Source of the DNA: an uncultured Bdellovibrionales bacterium
GTDB lineage: Bacteria; Patescibacteriota; Minisyncoccia; Moranbacterales; UBA1568
Assembly (NCBI GenBank): GCA_964384235.1
Contig: CAYLJX010000001.1
Span: 305,709-369,708, forward strand
Direction of reading: 5' to 3'
DNA: 64,000 bases
The translations under genes and the position numbers were made by a program. Of this stretch, positions 48,434 through 57,672 are shown in pieces; positions within the stretch are counted from its first letter, which is position 1, and the number at the start of each line of letters is the position of its first letter. Under the pieces are notes generated by a model. That model ran no database searches. It was given only the letters and a program-made list of their open reading frames with translations, and was not told the DNA's origin.

Positions 48434-48838
48434 CTATACGTCCTTGGTCGTGAGCCGACTGAGAAACGCCAGGTATTCCGCCGGACAGAGATCCTTGAGA
48501 GCGACCTCTGTCACAGGAGCAGCTCTCCTGTCCATCTCCGGAAACCGTTTTGCGGCCAAGCGATTCAAAAGAACGACTTCGTCCGAAATTTTCTGCCTCA
48601 CGATCATGGCCAGATCCTCACATTCCCATTCGGGAATCCCTCCTGGAGCAATCTTCGGTCGCCAGTCCTGATCGAGAAAAAGCACGACTTTCGCCGTCTT
48701 CTTTTGATCATCCATGTTAATGATTTTCCCGAGCCGCCAGCTCGTATCACGATGATCTTTCTGATTTCGGAAGAAACAGCACACTACCTGCCCCACCTTG
48801 TACCAGGACAGCTTCATTTTCACCATGTTTTCCCCCAC
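48434..48838 (-). CDS. Hypothetical protein
   Basis: Co-oriented ORF filling the recJ-rnhA gap, with no family recognised. Confidence 0.55.
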   Translation of the reverse strand: MGENMVKMKLSWYKVGQVVCCFFRNQKDHRDTSWRLGKIINMDDQKKTAKVVLFLDQDWRPKIAPGGIPEWECEDLAMIVRQKISDEVVLLNRLAAKRFPEMDRRAAPVTEVALKDLCPAEYLAFLSRLTTKDV

Positions 48839-48854
48839 TCAAAGTTGAAAAGAA

Positions 48855-50561
48855 CTACGTTTTCCGCCGGATGTCCACGAGCTTGAGCTGCAGGCTCGTG
48901 TGACCGTTCCAGGTATTCTCGTTCAAGGTAAAGGCGACGTCAAGCCGCTCTCCTTCCTTGAGATCAGGAAAGGCCTCACCAAGGGAAAATCCGATGGCAT
49001 CGAAGCGTCGCGATCCGTCCGGTGACGCGAGGACGAACTTGAGATGCTTTTCCCCGTTCCCCACGAAGCGCACCGACTCGATGATCATATCCTCAAGCGC
49101 GAACACCGGCTCCGTATTCCCCTCGCCGAAAGGAGCAAAGAGCATGGTGTCGGAGAAAAGCTTCGGAACGATATGTTCCGGTCGCAGACGGCAGTCGATC
49201 AGGAGTTCCGGTTCCGTCACGACGCCCTGGAGCTTCTCCTCCACGAGCGCGTTGAATCTCTCATAAAACATATCCAAACGATCGTTTCTGATCGTCATGC
49301 CGGCCGCCTGGGAATGTCCGCCGAACTTCTCGAGCATGTCGCCGCACTCCTCGAGCGTCTCGATGATACTCAGTTCCGGAATGCTCCGAAACGATCCTTG
49401 ACTCGTCGTCTCTCCCTTGGTCAGGACGCAGGTCGGCTTACGAAACTCGTTGGCGATCCGTCCTGCGACCAGCCCGACGATCCCGAAAGGATAGTGTTCG
49501 CTCACCGCGAAAATGAACTTCTTGTCGGCATATTTCTCCTTGGCCACCGAACGTACCATGTCCGTCGTCTCGGTACTCACCTTCTGCCGGGCGACGTTCT
49601 GCGCTTCCAGATCGAGAGCAAGCATCCGGGCATCGGCCGGATCGCGCTCCATGAGGAGGTTGTGGGCAAGCAGGGCGTGCGCCATCCGGGATGCAGCATT
49701 GATACGCGGTGCGATCTGGAAACCAATCATACGCGCATCCGGTCTCGCCTCCTCACTTATCTTCATCCCACCGACCGCGAACATCTCTTGGAAGCCTACC
49801 CGACGCGTCTTGGACAAAACGATGAGGCCGTACTTCACGATGGTGCGATTCTCCCCGACAAGCGGCATGACATCCGCCACCGTCCCGGTCGCCACCACAT
49901 CAAGGAGCCACTTGAGTTGTTCCTTTTCTTTCGGAAGAAACCGCTCATAAAGGGCCTGCGCCACCTTGAAGCTCGTCCCGGCGCCGCAGAGTTCATGAAA
50001 CGGATAGGTTTCGCCGGGAAGCTTGGGATTGATGATGGCAAACGCATCCGGCAATACCTCCGGCACATGGTGATGATCGATGACGATGACCTGCATGCCT
50101 CGACCGTTCGCCGCCGCTATTTCGGCATGGTTGGTCATGCCACAATCGAGTGTCAGGACCAGTTTCACCCCTTCCTTCTCGAAGAAATCCAGTGCGTTCA
50201 TATTGAGCCCGTGTCCCTCGGAAAGCTTCTCGGGGATATAGACACGCGTCGCGACACCGAGCGCCGTGAGCGCCTCGCGCATGATGACCGACGACGTCAC
50301 TCCGTCCGCGTCATAGTCGCCGAAGACACCGACGATCTCGCTCTTCTCCTTGGCCTCGCCGATACGCCGTACCACGAGATCCATCTGCCGAAAGAGAAAC
50401 GGGTCATGGAGATCCCGATCGAAATTGGGGGAGAGAAACCTCTCTCGTGCCTCCTCGTCGGCATATCCGCGCTCCCGGAGCAACGCTTCCGTCACAGGAT
50501 GAAAAGCCGCCTTCTCGGCGGCTTCCTGAATGGAGTCGATCTTGTATTTCCATTTTGGCAT
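48855..50561 (-). CDS. recJ: Single-stranded-DNA-specific exonuclease RecJ
   Basis: GDYDADG, DCG, DHH, PRINA, FGGH, PFGEGN motifs. Confidence 0.96.
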   Translation of the reverse strand: MPKWKYKIDSIQEAAEKAAFHPVTEALLRERGYADEEARERFLSPNFDRDLHDPFLFRQMDLVVRRIGEAKEKSEIVGVFGDYDADGVTSSVIMREALTALGVATRVYIPEKLSEGHGLNMNALDFFEKEGVKLVLTLDCGMTNHAEIAAANGRGMQVIVIDHHHVPEVLPDAFAIINPKLPGETYPFHELCGAGTSFKVAQALYERFLPKEKEQLKWLLDVVATGTVADVMPLVGENRTIVKYGLIVLSKTRRVGFQEMFAVGGMKISEEARPDARMIGFQIAPRINAASRMAHALLAHNLLMERDPADARMLALDLEAQNVARQKVSTETTDMVRSVAKEKYADKKFIFAVSEHYPFGIVGLVAGRIANEFRKPTCVLTKGETTSQGSFRSIPELSIIETLEECGDMLEKFGGHSQAAGMTIRNDRLDMFYERFNALVEEKLQGVVTEPELLIDCRLRPEHIVPKLFSDTMLFAPFGEGNTEPVFALEDMIIESVRFVGNGEKHLKFVLASPDGSRRFDAIGFSLGEAFPDLKEGERLDVAFTLNENTWNGHTSLQLKLVDIRRKT

Positions 50562-50588
50562 GTTTTTTTCTTTCTGTGCCCGACACCT

Positions 50589-51140
50589 CTACACACACGT
50601 CAGCTCGGCATCGAAGCGTTTCTTGTCACGGTCGCGCAGGGTAAGCTTGAGCACGACCTTTTCCCCTTTGCCTTCGGTGCAGAGAAAATCACGATTGAGT
50701 CCGAGATCGCGCGCCAGGCGCTGTGCGTCAAGCGTATACGGATCGACGTTCACCACATACTCCGTCGTCGTGAAAAGCGACTTGATCCGATCGATCACTT
50801 CGTTGGGCATCGTCATGTCACGCACGATGAAGTCCTTGACCCCGAGCTCCTTGGCCCGGACCTGATCCTCTTCGCGTCCGAGGTGCGAGAGGAACATGAC
50901 CGGGACATGTGCGGTCGCCACGTTCTTCTTGAGCGCCTCGACCAGACCGAAGCCGTCGAGCCGCGGCATGATGATACCCGTGATGATGACATCCGGCATG
51001 ATCTGACTGACCATTTCCAGACCCTCCAGACCGTCACCCGCCTCGCGGATCTCGAACCCGGCTCCCCGGAGGAACTCAGCATAGAGCGTGCGCGTATCGA
51101 GGTCGTCGTCGATGAGGAGAATGGAGAGATGTTTGTTCAT
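50589..51140 (-). CDS. Response regulator receiver protein with C-terminal extension
   Basis: ILLIDDD and MPRLDG. The canonical phospho-Asp position appears to be G (IITGIIMP). Confidence 0.85.
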   Translation of the reverse strand: MNKHLSILLIDDDLDTRTLYAEFLRGAGFEIREAGDGLEGLEMVSQIMPDVIITGIIMPRLDGFGLVEALKKNVATAHVPVMFLSHLGREEDQVRAKELGVKDFIVRDMTMPNEVIDRIKSLFTTTEYVVNVDPYTLDAQRLARDLGLNRDFLCTEGKGEKVVLKLTLRDRDKKRFDAELTCV

Positions 51141-51210
51141 ACTCGATCCGTTAAAAAAGACTTCTCTCCCATTGTAGGAAAAAAGCCTCTTTCTGGCAAA
51201 ACCAGCAATC

Positions 51211-52332
51211 TCACTGTTTTTTCTCCTGTTCCCGGAGTGCCTCGATCAGCCGCTTTTCTTCGGAAGAGAGTTTCTTGGGAACGGACAGGCGGATTTGGAC
51301 AAGGTGATCGCCCCGACCGTAGCGACCGAGGTGCGGCACGCCCTTGCCTTTGATCCGAAAGACTTCTCCCGGTTGTGTCCCGGCGGGAATCTTCATAGTC
51401 ACGTCCCCTTCGATGGTCCCTATCTCCACCTTGTCACCGAGTACCGCCTGGGCATAGGTAGTCTCGAATATCGATATGATATCGTCACCACGACGCGTGA
51501 GCAACGCGTGCGGACGGACATGGATCGTGATAAAAAGATCTCCTGCCGGAGCACCCGCCTCACCGGCCGCTCCACCGCCTGGTACGGACACGATCTGTTC
51601 GTCGTGCACCCCGGCTGGGATATCCACAGTAATCGTTTCTTCCTCTTGGACACGTCCGTCCCCGTTGCAGGTACGGCAGCGCTCGGTATAGATCTTACCC
51701 TTGCCACGGCAGCGGTCACACACGGCGATCTGCGCGAACGTCCCAAAGACGCTCTGTACGGTTTTTCTGACCTCGCCCTTCCCCTGGCACTGCGGACACG
51801 TCTCCTCCTTGGATCCCGGCTGTCCGCCTGTTCCGGAACAGGTACCGCAGCGTTTCAGTTTGCGCAGGCGGATTTCTTTCTTCGTACCGCGCACCATCTC
51901 CTCGAAGGTGATTTCCGTATCCACCTGGATATCCATACCGGCCTGCCGACCCCTGCCCCGGCGTGCGCCACCGAAAATATCCGAGAAAATATCCTCGAAT
52001 CCTGCTCCACCGAAATTAAAACCGCCGGATGACCCGCCTTGGGCGGAGAAATTACCGAAATCGAAACCGGAAAAGTCAAAACCACCGAACCCCTGGCCCG
52101 CGCCCGGTCCGGCCCCCGCTCCATTGAACGTCTGTCCGAACTGGTCGTACTGGCGACGCTTCTCCTTGTTCGAGAGAACCTGGTAGGCTTCGTTGATCTC
52201 CTTGAACTTCTTCTCATCGCCGCCGCCCTTGTCCGGATGATATTTGTGGGCAAGCTTGCGGAACGCCTTCTTGATATCGTCTTCCGACGCATCCCGCGCC
52301 ACGCCTAAAATGTCATAGTAATTCACTGCCAT
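51211..52332 (-). CDS. dnaJ: Chaperone DnaJ
   Basis: J-domain HPD, G/F-rich region and four CxxCxGxG repeats. Start at MAVNYY. Confidence 0.97.
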   Translation of the reverse strand: MAVNYYDILGVARDASEDDIKKAFRKLAHKYHPDKGGGDEKKFKEINEAYQVLSNKEKRRQYDQFGQTFNGAGAGPGAGQGFGGFDFSGFDFGNFSAQGGSSGGFNFGGAGFEDIFSDIFGGARRGRGRQAGMDIQVDTEITFEEMVRGTKKEIRLRKLKRCGTCSGTGGQPGSKEETCPQCQGKGEVRKTVQSVFGTFAQIAVCDRCRGKGKIYTERCRTCNGDGRVQEEETITVDIPAGVHDEQIVSVPGGGAAGEAGAPAGDLFITIHVRPHALLTRRGDDIISIFETTYAQAVLGDKVEIGTIEGDVTMKIPAGTQPGEVFRIKGKGVPHLGRYGRGDHLVQIRLSVPKKLSSEEKRLIEALREQEKKQ

Positions 52333-52380
52333 AGTTTCAAAAGGATAGCATATTCCCCATCCTACCAAGGAAAACAAAAA

Positions 52381-52407
52381 TTAGCAATCTCTACGAAAGA
52401 CTGCTAA
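52381..52407. promoter_or_regulatory. CIRCE element (HrcA operator)
   Basis: TTAGCAATC-N9-GACTGCTAA versus consensus TTAGCACTC-N9-GAGTGCTAA (one mismatch per arm), just upstream of dnaJ. Confidence 0.88.
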
Positions 52408-52442
52408 TTCTTATCGGCTACCGTCCGCTACTATTCCATGCT

Positions 52443-54656
52443 TCACGGAGCCGTCCCGTTCGCGCACGGACCGAATCCGGACAAGACCCGGACACCGTTG
52501 ACATTGACACAGCTAGGAGCAAAGGCAGCCTCGACCGCTGAGAGAGAGTAATAGACATTGCCTTGGATGGTCCACGGGAAAGACGGCGTGGAAGACGATG
52601 AGGAACTACCGGAACCGGAAGAAGATCCGGAGGAGGTTCCTCCCGAAGTCACCATATTGAACCGCACCGGGGAAGATTGAGCGTAGTCGGTTCCTTGTCC
52701 TGCGACACCACCATCGTTGGCGAGACTGCAACCGCCGGAATTGCATTTCCTGACGATGGCAACAACTTCGTAAAGACCAGGGGTAGTTAAGTTTCCTGAA
52801 CCGGTCGGCCACTGGTAGGACCCGCTGCTGTTGCCTGATGAAATCGGATTTGTCTGAGAGCTGCCTCCGGCAAGACCGCTCGCGCCACCGGAAGCAGTGA
52901 CCAGCGAGACCTGTAGAATCACCTGGGTAACGGAAGGGGCTCCCGTCACGTTCCAACTGATCGGGATCGGAGAACCGATATTGTATGAACCGTTCTGGGT
53001 GGGAGACGTGAGCGTGATAGTCGTGTTACTCGGAACGGAAGATGGCCCCCCACTGCTCCCGCTCGTACTCCCTCCCGATCCGGTGCAGCTCCCAGCGAAG
53101 TTCAGTCCGAAGAGCTGTACGCTGTTCGTTCCTTGCGGAGTATAGTTCGCCGTGCCGGTGGCCGCCTGGACGTTGCAGGTATACCCCTGATTATTAGCGA
53201 GGGTCTGAGAACGGTTCGCCAGGACACTGAACGACGAAGCGGTCATATTTCCGATCGGTGCCGTCACCTGTGGAGTGACGTCGCTACCACGGCCCACGGA
53301 ACTGAACCGACAGGTGATCGCAAGCGTCATGTTCCCGTTCCCGTCGAAGGCGACCGTGGTGTGGAGCGGTACGCCGTCATTGCTCGTCCGATCGTTCGCC
53401 CAACTCTTCCCATAAAGGAACTGCGAAGAACCCGGAGTGGCGCACACTCCCCCGCCTGTGCTTCCCCCGCCGCTCACGCCGTCAGAACAATTGAAGCCGC
53501 TGGTGCAGTTAGCCGTACCGGAACCGCTGCCACCGGTATCCCCCGAAGCGGTGACGCTCCCGATACTGGACCACGACGTGGTGCCCGAGGTCGTGACCGC
53601 CCTCAACCGATAAGAGTATGTGGTGCTGCCCTGGACGGAAGAGTCGATATAGCTCGTCCCGGTAGTGGTCCCTAAAGCGGTAAAGAAAGAACACGCTATC
53701 CCCTCGCAACGTTGGATCTCATAGGAAGAGGCTCCCGAGACGGGTGTCCAGGAGAGGGAGACGTCACCGCCCGTGGTCGCAAGGGTAGGCTTCTGCGGAG
53801 CCGAGGAGGAAGAAGCGGTTGCGAGAGTAGTCGTACCGGACCAGGCGGAGACACCCTCCGAAGTGACGGTCCGCACCCGATAGGTATAGTTCTGGCCGGC
53901 GGAGAGGTCGGTGTCGGTGTAACTCGCCTGGGTGGTGGTCCCAAGGGAGGAAAAGGCCGTACAGCTCGTACCGGCACAACGCTCGATCTCATAGCCTGAG
54001 GCGCCTGCAACCGGGGTCCAGGAGAGGGAGGTCTGGGAGGGAGAGGCATTGGTGGAAGAGAGAGCGGTGGGAGCGGGAAGATCAGGACGGACCACTGGTT
54101 GGCCGCTGCGGTCATCGGTCACGGAGAGAGGTTCGGTGCCATCTGCTCCGGGAGCGGCTGCGATGAAGCCAGGATCGACGGTGCCGGCAGTGCCAGTACC
54201 GGCCTGGGAGACGATGCTGCAGCTGAAGCTGAAGCCATTGCCTGTGAGAGTCAGACCAGGGATGTTGGCTCCGAGGATTCGGATGGCGGTGTTCACCAGG
54301 AGCCAGGCACCAAGCATGAGAGCGAAGCCGATGAGGGCGGCCTTGATACCGCCTTTGGCGGTAGACATCATGGAGTCGTTGCCGGAGGAGACAATGTAGT
54401 AGATAGCCATGGCCACGATGACGGCGATGGCGAGGATGGTCATGAGACGGAGGCCGTAGTCGATGACACCCTTGCCTCCGAGGACGAGGTGGCAGAGGGT
54501 ACAGGGAGCGGTTTCGTTGATAGTGGGAGTGGACTGGTCATCGACTTGTCTCCCGCAGGGGACGAGGGCGGCCTCCACAGAGTGAAGAGGAAGAAAAGAG
54601 AAAAAGAAGGAAAGCAAGAAGAAAGAAAGGAAAAGGGAGCGGGAGAGGCGGGACAT
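52443..54656 (-). CDS. CPR-type pilin-domain protein fused to two FN3 domains and a Ser/Gly/Thr-rich extracellular region
   Basis: Signal peptide, LVPCG...PCTLCHL, two TM helices, and two SLSW...YEI.RC...YTYRVR-type FN3 repeats. Confidence 0.8.
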   Translation of the reverse strand: MSRLSRSLFLSFFLLSFFFSFLPLHSVEAALVPCGRQVDDQSTPTINETAPCTLCHLVLGGKGVIDYGLRLMTILAIAVIVAMAIYYIVSSGNDSMMSTAKGGIKAALIGFALMLGAWLLVNTAIRILGANIPGLTLTGNGFSFSCSIVSQAGTGTAGTVDPGFIAAAPGADGTEPLSVTDDRSGQPVVRPDLPAPTALSSTNASPSQTSLSWTPVAGASGYEIERCAGTSCTAFSSLGTTTQASYTDTDLSAGQNYTYRVRTVTSEGVSAWSGTTTLATASSSSAPQKPTLATTGGDVSLSWTPVSGASSYEIQRCEGIACSFFTALGTTTGTSYIDSSVQGSTTYSYRLRAVTTSGTTSWSSIGSVTASGDTGGSGSGTANCTSGFNCSDGVSGGGSTGGGVCATPGSSQFLYGKSWANDRTSNDGVPLHTTVAFDGNGNMTLAITCRFSSVGRGSDVTPQVTAPIGNMTASSFSVLANRSQTLANNQGYTCNVQAATGTANYTPQGTNSVQLFGLNFAGSCTGSGGSTSGSSGGPSSVPSNTTITLTSPTQNGSYNIGSPIPISWNVTGAPSVTQVILQVSLVTASGGASGLAGGSSQTNPISSGNSSGSYQWPTGSGNLTTPGLYEVVAIVRKCNSGGCSLANDGGVAGQGTDYAQSSPVRFNMVTSGGTSSGSSSGSGSSSSSSTPSFPWTIQGNVYYSLSAVEAAFAPSCVNVNGVRVLSGFGPCANGTAP

Positions 54657-54811
54657 AGGGAGAAGTTTTGTTTGTGTTTTGAAATTCTATTCTTAGTATA
54701 CCATCATTACCAAGCGTAGCGAGCGGAGCGCAGGTAAAATCGGGTCGATACCCGCGGCTTGCTTGCCCGCCTCCGGAGGGCCGCGTGGGGATCGGGAGCG
54801 GGGACTGCCCC

Positions 54812-54856
54812 GTGGTGCACCCCGAGTCCCGTCGGTGCGGCAGGAGGGGTAGCGTC
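54812..54856 (-). repeat. Orphan copy of the DTTPPAAPTGL-coding repeat
   Basis: Minus strand encodes DATPPAAPTGLGVHH shortly after an in-frame TGA with no start codon. Matches the copy at 63313-63357 at 22 of 23 nt in the core. Confidence 0.8.
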
Positions 54857-54894
54857 GCCTCTACCTCCACATCAGAGAAAGGCATTTTTCCTCC

Positions 54895-56025
54895 TCACGC
54901 CAGGAACTGCCGGTAGTTCGAATTGTTGACCACCCTGTATTCCGCTCCGTACGTATTGACAAACTCCGAGGGGACGCGGGCGTTCTTCTTCGGATTCCAT
55001 TTGAACTCAAACCCCCGTATACGACCGCCTTCTTCTTCCACATAATCTATCTCCTTCTGTCCATACGTCCTCCAAAAATAAGCATTGACTCCGTACGAAC
55101 GATGTGCATTAAACTTCTGCCGTTCGGCGATACAGTAGTTCTCCCACAGCGCGCCGACATCATCGCGCAGCGCCAACCTCCGATAGTTCTGCACCAGACC
55201 GTTCCTGATGCCCGTGTCATAAAAGTAGATCTTCACCGATTTCTTCACCTCGTTCCGCAGGTTTCGCGCGAAGGCGCGTACGGTAAAGATGACGAAACTC
55301 TGCTCAAGCACGTCGAGGTATTTCCGGACCGTCTGACGGCTCACCTGGAGCTCTTTCGCCAGTTCATTGTATGAGACCTCCTGCCCCAACTGCAAGGCAA
55401 TCAACTTCAAAAGGTCACGGACTAATCCGGATTTTTTCAGGTCATCGAAGCGAAGCGTATCCTTGTACAGGTATGCCGATGCCAACGCGTTCAACCGTTC
55501 CTCCGCCTGTCCTTCAGGCAATCCGAACACTTCCGGATAACTTCCGAAACGCAGTATCGCCTCGATGTCCTCATCCGATGTCAGGAGGTGTCCGGACGCG
55601 GTGATTTCTTCGAACGACAGCGGATAGAGCGTGAAATGAAAGGCACGTCCCGTGAGCGGTTCGGCCGTCTTGTCGGCCAGCTCGAAACTCGATGACCCGG
55701 TCGCGATAATCTGCAAATCAGGAAACGTATCGATAAGGAGCTTCAGCTTCAATCCGATATCCGGAATATACTGCGCTTCATCCAACACGACGACCTTGTG
55801 ATTCCCCAAAAACGCGTGCAACTTCCGAGAGTCAGCCACTGCTAACCCGTCCTGAGCCGAGACTTCCTCACAGTTGAAATATCCGGACGACGAATCAAAA
55901 TCCGCAAGGATTTTCTTCACCAGCGTGGTTTTCCCTACTTGTCTAGCACCGTATAAAACGATGATTTTCCCTTTAAAAAGCCTTTCTTTCAGAGATTTTT
56001 CTATGCTACGCTGAATGAGTTTCAT
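54895..56025 (-). CDS. AAA+ ATPase (AAA_14 with DUF4143-like C-terminus)
   Basis: GARQVGKTT, LDEAQ, ATGSS, KIYFYDTG, GALWEN, EIDYV..EFKW motifs. Confidence 0.9.
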   Translation of the reverse strand: MKLIQRSIEKSLKERLFKGKIIVLYGARQVGKTTLVKKILADFDSSSGYFNCEEVSAQDGLAVADSRKLHAFLGNHKVVVLDEAQYIPDIGLKLKLLIDTFPDLQIIATGSSSFELADKTAEPLTGRAFHFTLYPLSFEEITASGHLLTSDEDIEAILRFGSYPEVFGLPEGQAEERLNALASAYLYKDTLRFDDLKKSGLVRDLLKLIALQLGQEVSYNELAKELQVSRQTVRKYLDVLEQSFVIFTVRAFARNLRNEVKKSVKIYFYDTGIRNGLVQNYRRLALRDDVGALWENYCIAERQKFNAHRSYGVNAYFWRTYGQKEIDYVEEEGGRIRGFEFKWNPKKNARVPSEFVNTYGAEYRVVNNSNYRQFLA

Positions 56026-56125
56026 AATTTATTAAAATATTAAAAAGTGTAACTACAAATGTAGTATTTCATAAAATCATGAAAAATGCAACTCCAACAA
56101 TATCCTGAATCCTAACAGCCTCCGA

Positions 56126-57598
56126 TCACTGCGCCCCCAACCCCGTCGGCACGGCAGGAGGAGTGGTGTCGGCTGCTCCGCGCTCGTAGCCGCGCGTTCC
56201 GAGATAGGTCGTCCGATACGATCCCTGCAGATTGCCATTGCTATCCAGGATCCCGGTCGCGGGCGCACCGCTCAACACGTTGGCGACGGTCGGCACCTGA
56301 CCGCCGCTGTAATTGATACGATTGGGTGATCCGGAGGAGTTCACGACGATATCCGCGTTGAAGCTCGCCGGACCGGTATCGAAGTTTGACAATTCGACGG
56401 TGCCAACATAGGTGTTGCGGTAAGACTCGAATGCCCCCCATCCCCCGGTCTCCTGACCGATCCAGAGCGCCATGCTGCCACGTGCCAGATTGTATGATAC
56501 TTCGACATTGTTGACCGTCGGGTAGGTATCGATCCAGATCGCCTGACCGTTCGGGATATTGAAACGGTTGTCCCGTATGTACCAGTAAGAGAAGTTCATC
56601 TTCGGTCCCACACCCTTGGAATCGCTCGCCGTGATATTCGTAAACGTGTTCCGTTCGACCAGAACCTTGTCGGCCCAATACCCGAGGATGCCGTAGGCCG
56701 TGCCGCCGATGAAATCGGAGAACGTATTGCCCACGAACGCGATATGATTCGACTTGCTCCCGCCATTGGCGATCATTACTCCGGACGCGTTCGTGCCGAC
56801 CCCTCCCGCGCCGACCGGCATGTCATCGAAGGTGTTGCGATAGAACATCATGTCGTTTCCGCCGCTGTCGATATGGACGCCGAAGTCGGTATTCATATTG
56901 CGGATCGTCAGTCCTTCCATGTACCAATTCGAAATCGCCGGGTACGCCGAGATATGCGATCCGGTGACGTTGATGACGGGTGACTCGCCTGGATACGCGA
57001 GCCACACCGTCGGCTTGTGCGACGGCATTGCCAGCCGCCACCCGTCCTCGACCGGCGCGGCGTTGGTATTGTATGTCCCGTTGCGATAGTAGACGAACTG
57101 GCCGTTGTATGTCGTGTCCGCCTTCGCGATATACCAGTCGTCAATCGAATTGAACGGCGATGCGGCAGAACCGGTACCGCCGCCCGGCGCCGAAGCATCG
57201 ACGAAGATGAAGCCGCTCGTCGTGACAGTGATCGCCCATGTCACGCTGGCCGTACCACCCGCCGCATCCGTCGCCCGAACCGTCACGGTATGCGGACTGC
57301 CAGTCGTGGTCGGATTCGGCCAAGACAATACGCCGGTTGACGCATCGATGGACATGCCGGACGGCCCACTAATCAGACTGTAGGTATTGGGAAAAGTGCC
57401 GCCGATTACCGCGATCGGCACTTCGTACCGTAAACCCGGATAGGCCTTGTAATAACGGTTGCCGATATCCAACCCAGCACGTGGTGCGATGATCTCAATC
57501 GGTTGAATCGCCGCTTGGGCGTTTTCAGGAAAGAGAGAAATGAGGACCACGAATCCGACAAAGACATCCCGGAAAATACGCGCCGTTTTTTCGGACAT
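56126..57598 (-). CDS. Secreted protein with Ig/cadherin-like domain, right-handed beta-helix and C-terminal DTTPP tag
   Basis: Signal peptide (AQA), GPSGMSIDASTGVLSW, Asn-rich beta-helix rungs, ending DTTPPAVPTGLGAQ. Confidence 0.85.
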   Translation of the reverse strand: MSEKTARIFRDVFVGFVVLISLFPENAQAAIQPIEIIAPRAGLDIGNRYYKAYPGLRYEVPIAVIGGTFPNTYSLISGPSGMSIDASTGVLSWPNPTTTGSPHTVTVRATDAAGGTASVTWAITVTTSGFIFVDASAPGGGTGSAASPFNSIDDWYIAKADTTYNGQFVYYRNGTYNTNAAPVEDGWRLAMPSHKPTVWLAYPGESPVINVTGSHISAYPAISNWYMEGLTIRNMNTDFGVHIDSGGNDMMFYRNTFDDMPVGAGGVGTNASGVMIANGGSKSNHIAFVGNTFSDFIGGTAYGILGYWADKVLVERNTFTNITASDSKGVGPKMNFSYWYIRDNRFNIPNGQAIWIDTYPTVNNVEVSYNLARGSMALWIGQETGGWGAFESYRNTYVGTVELSNFDTGPASFNADIVVNSSGSPNRINYSGGQVPTVANVLSGAPATGILDSNGNLQGSYRTTYLGTRGYERGAADTTPPAVPTGLGAQ

Positions 57599-57649
57599 AG
57601 TTTCTTACATTCGAAAAAAAAGAAAGAGGCACCCCCATCCTTTCTTCTC

Positions 57650-57658
57650 ATTATACCA
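57650..57658 (-). promoter_or_regulatory. Extended -10 promoter
   Basis: TGGTATAAT on the minus strand about 50 bp upstream of the 57598 start. Confidence 0.6.
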
Positions 57659-57672
57659 TGTCTAAAAATATT

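Noticed and set aside
49044-51353. 769-aa plus-strand ORF, and similar long antisense ORFs (26451-27695, 28796-30400, 34435-36009, 38630-40174, 61467-62813)
   Set aside because: They lie opposite well-identified genes and have no motifs. They are expected shadows of GC3-rich codon usage.
54720-54880. Possible SRP RNA or other ncRNA in the GC-rich gap
   Set aside because: No SRP domain IV motif was recognised, and much of the stretch is explained by the orphan tag copy.
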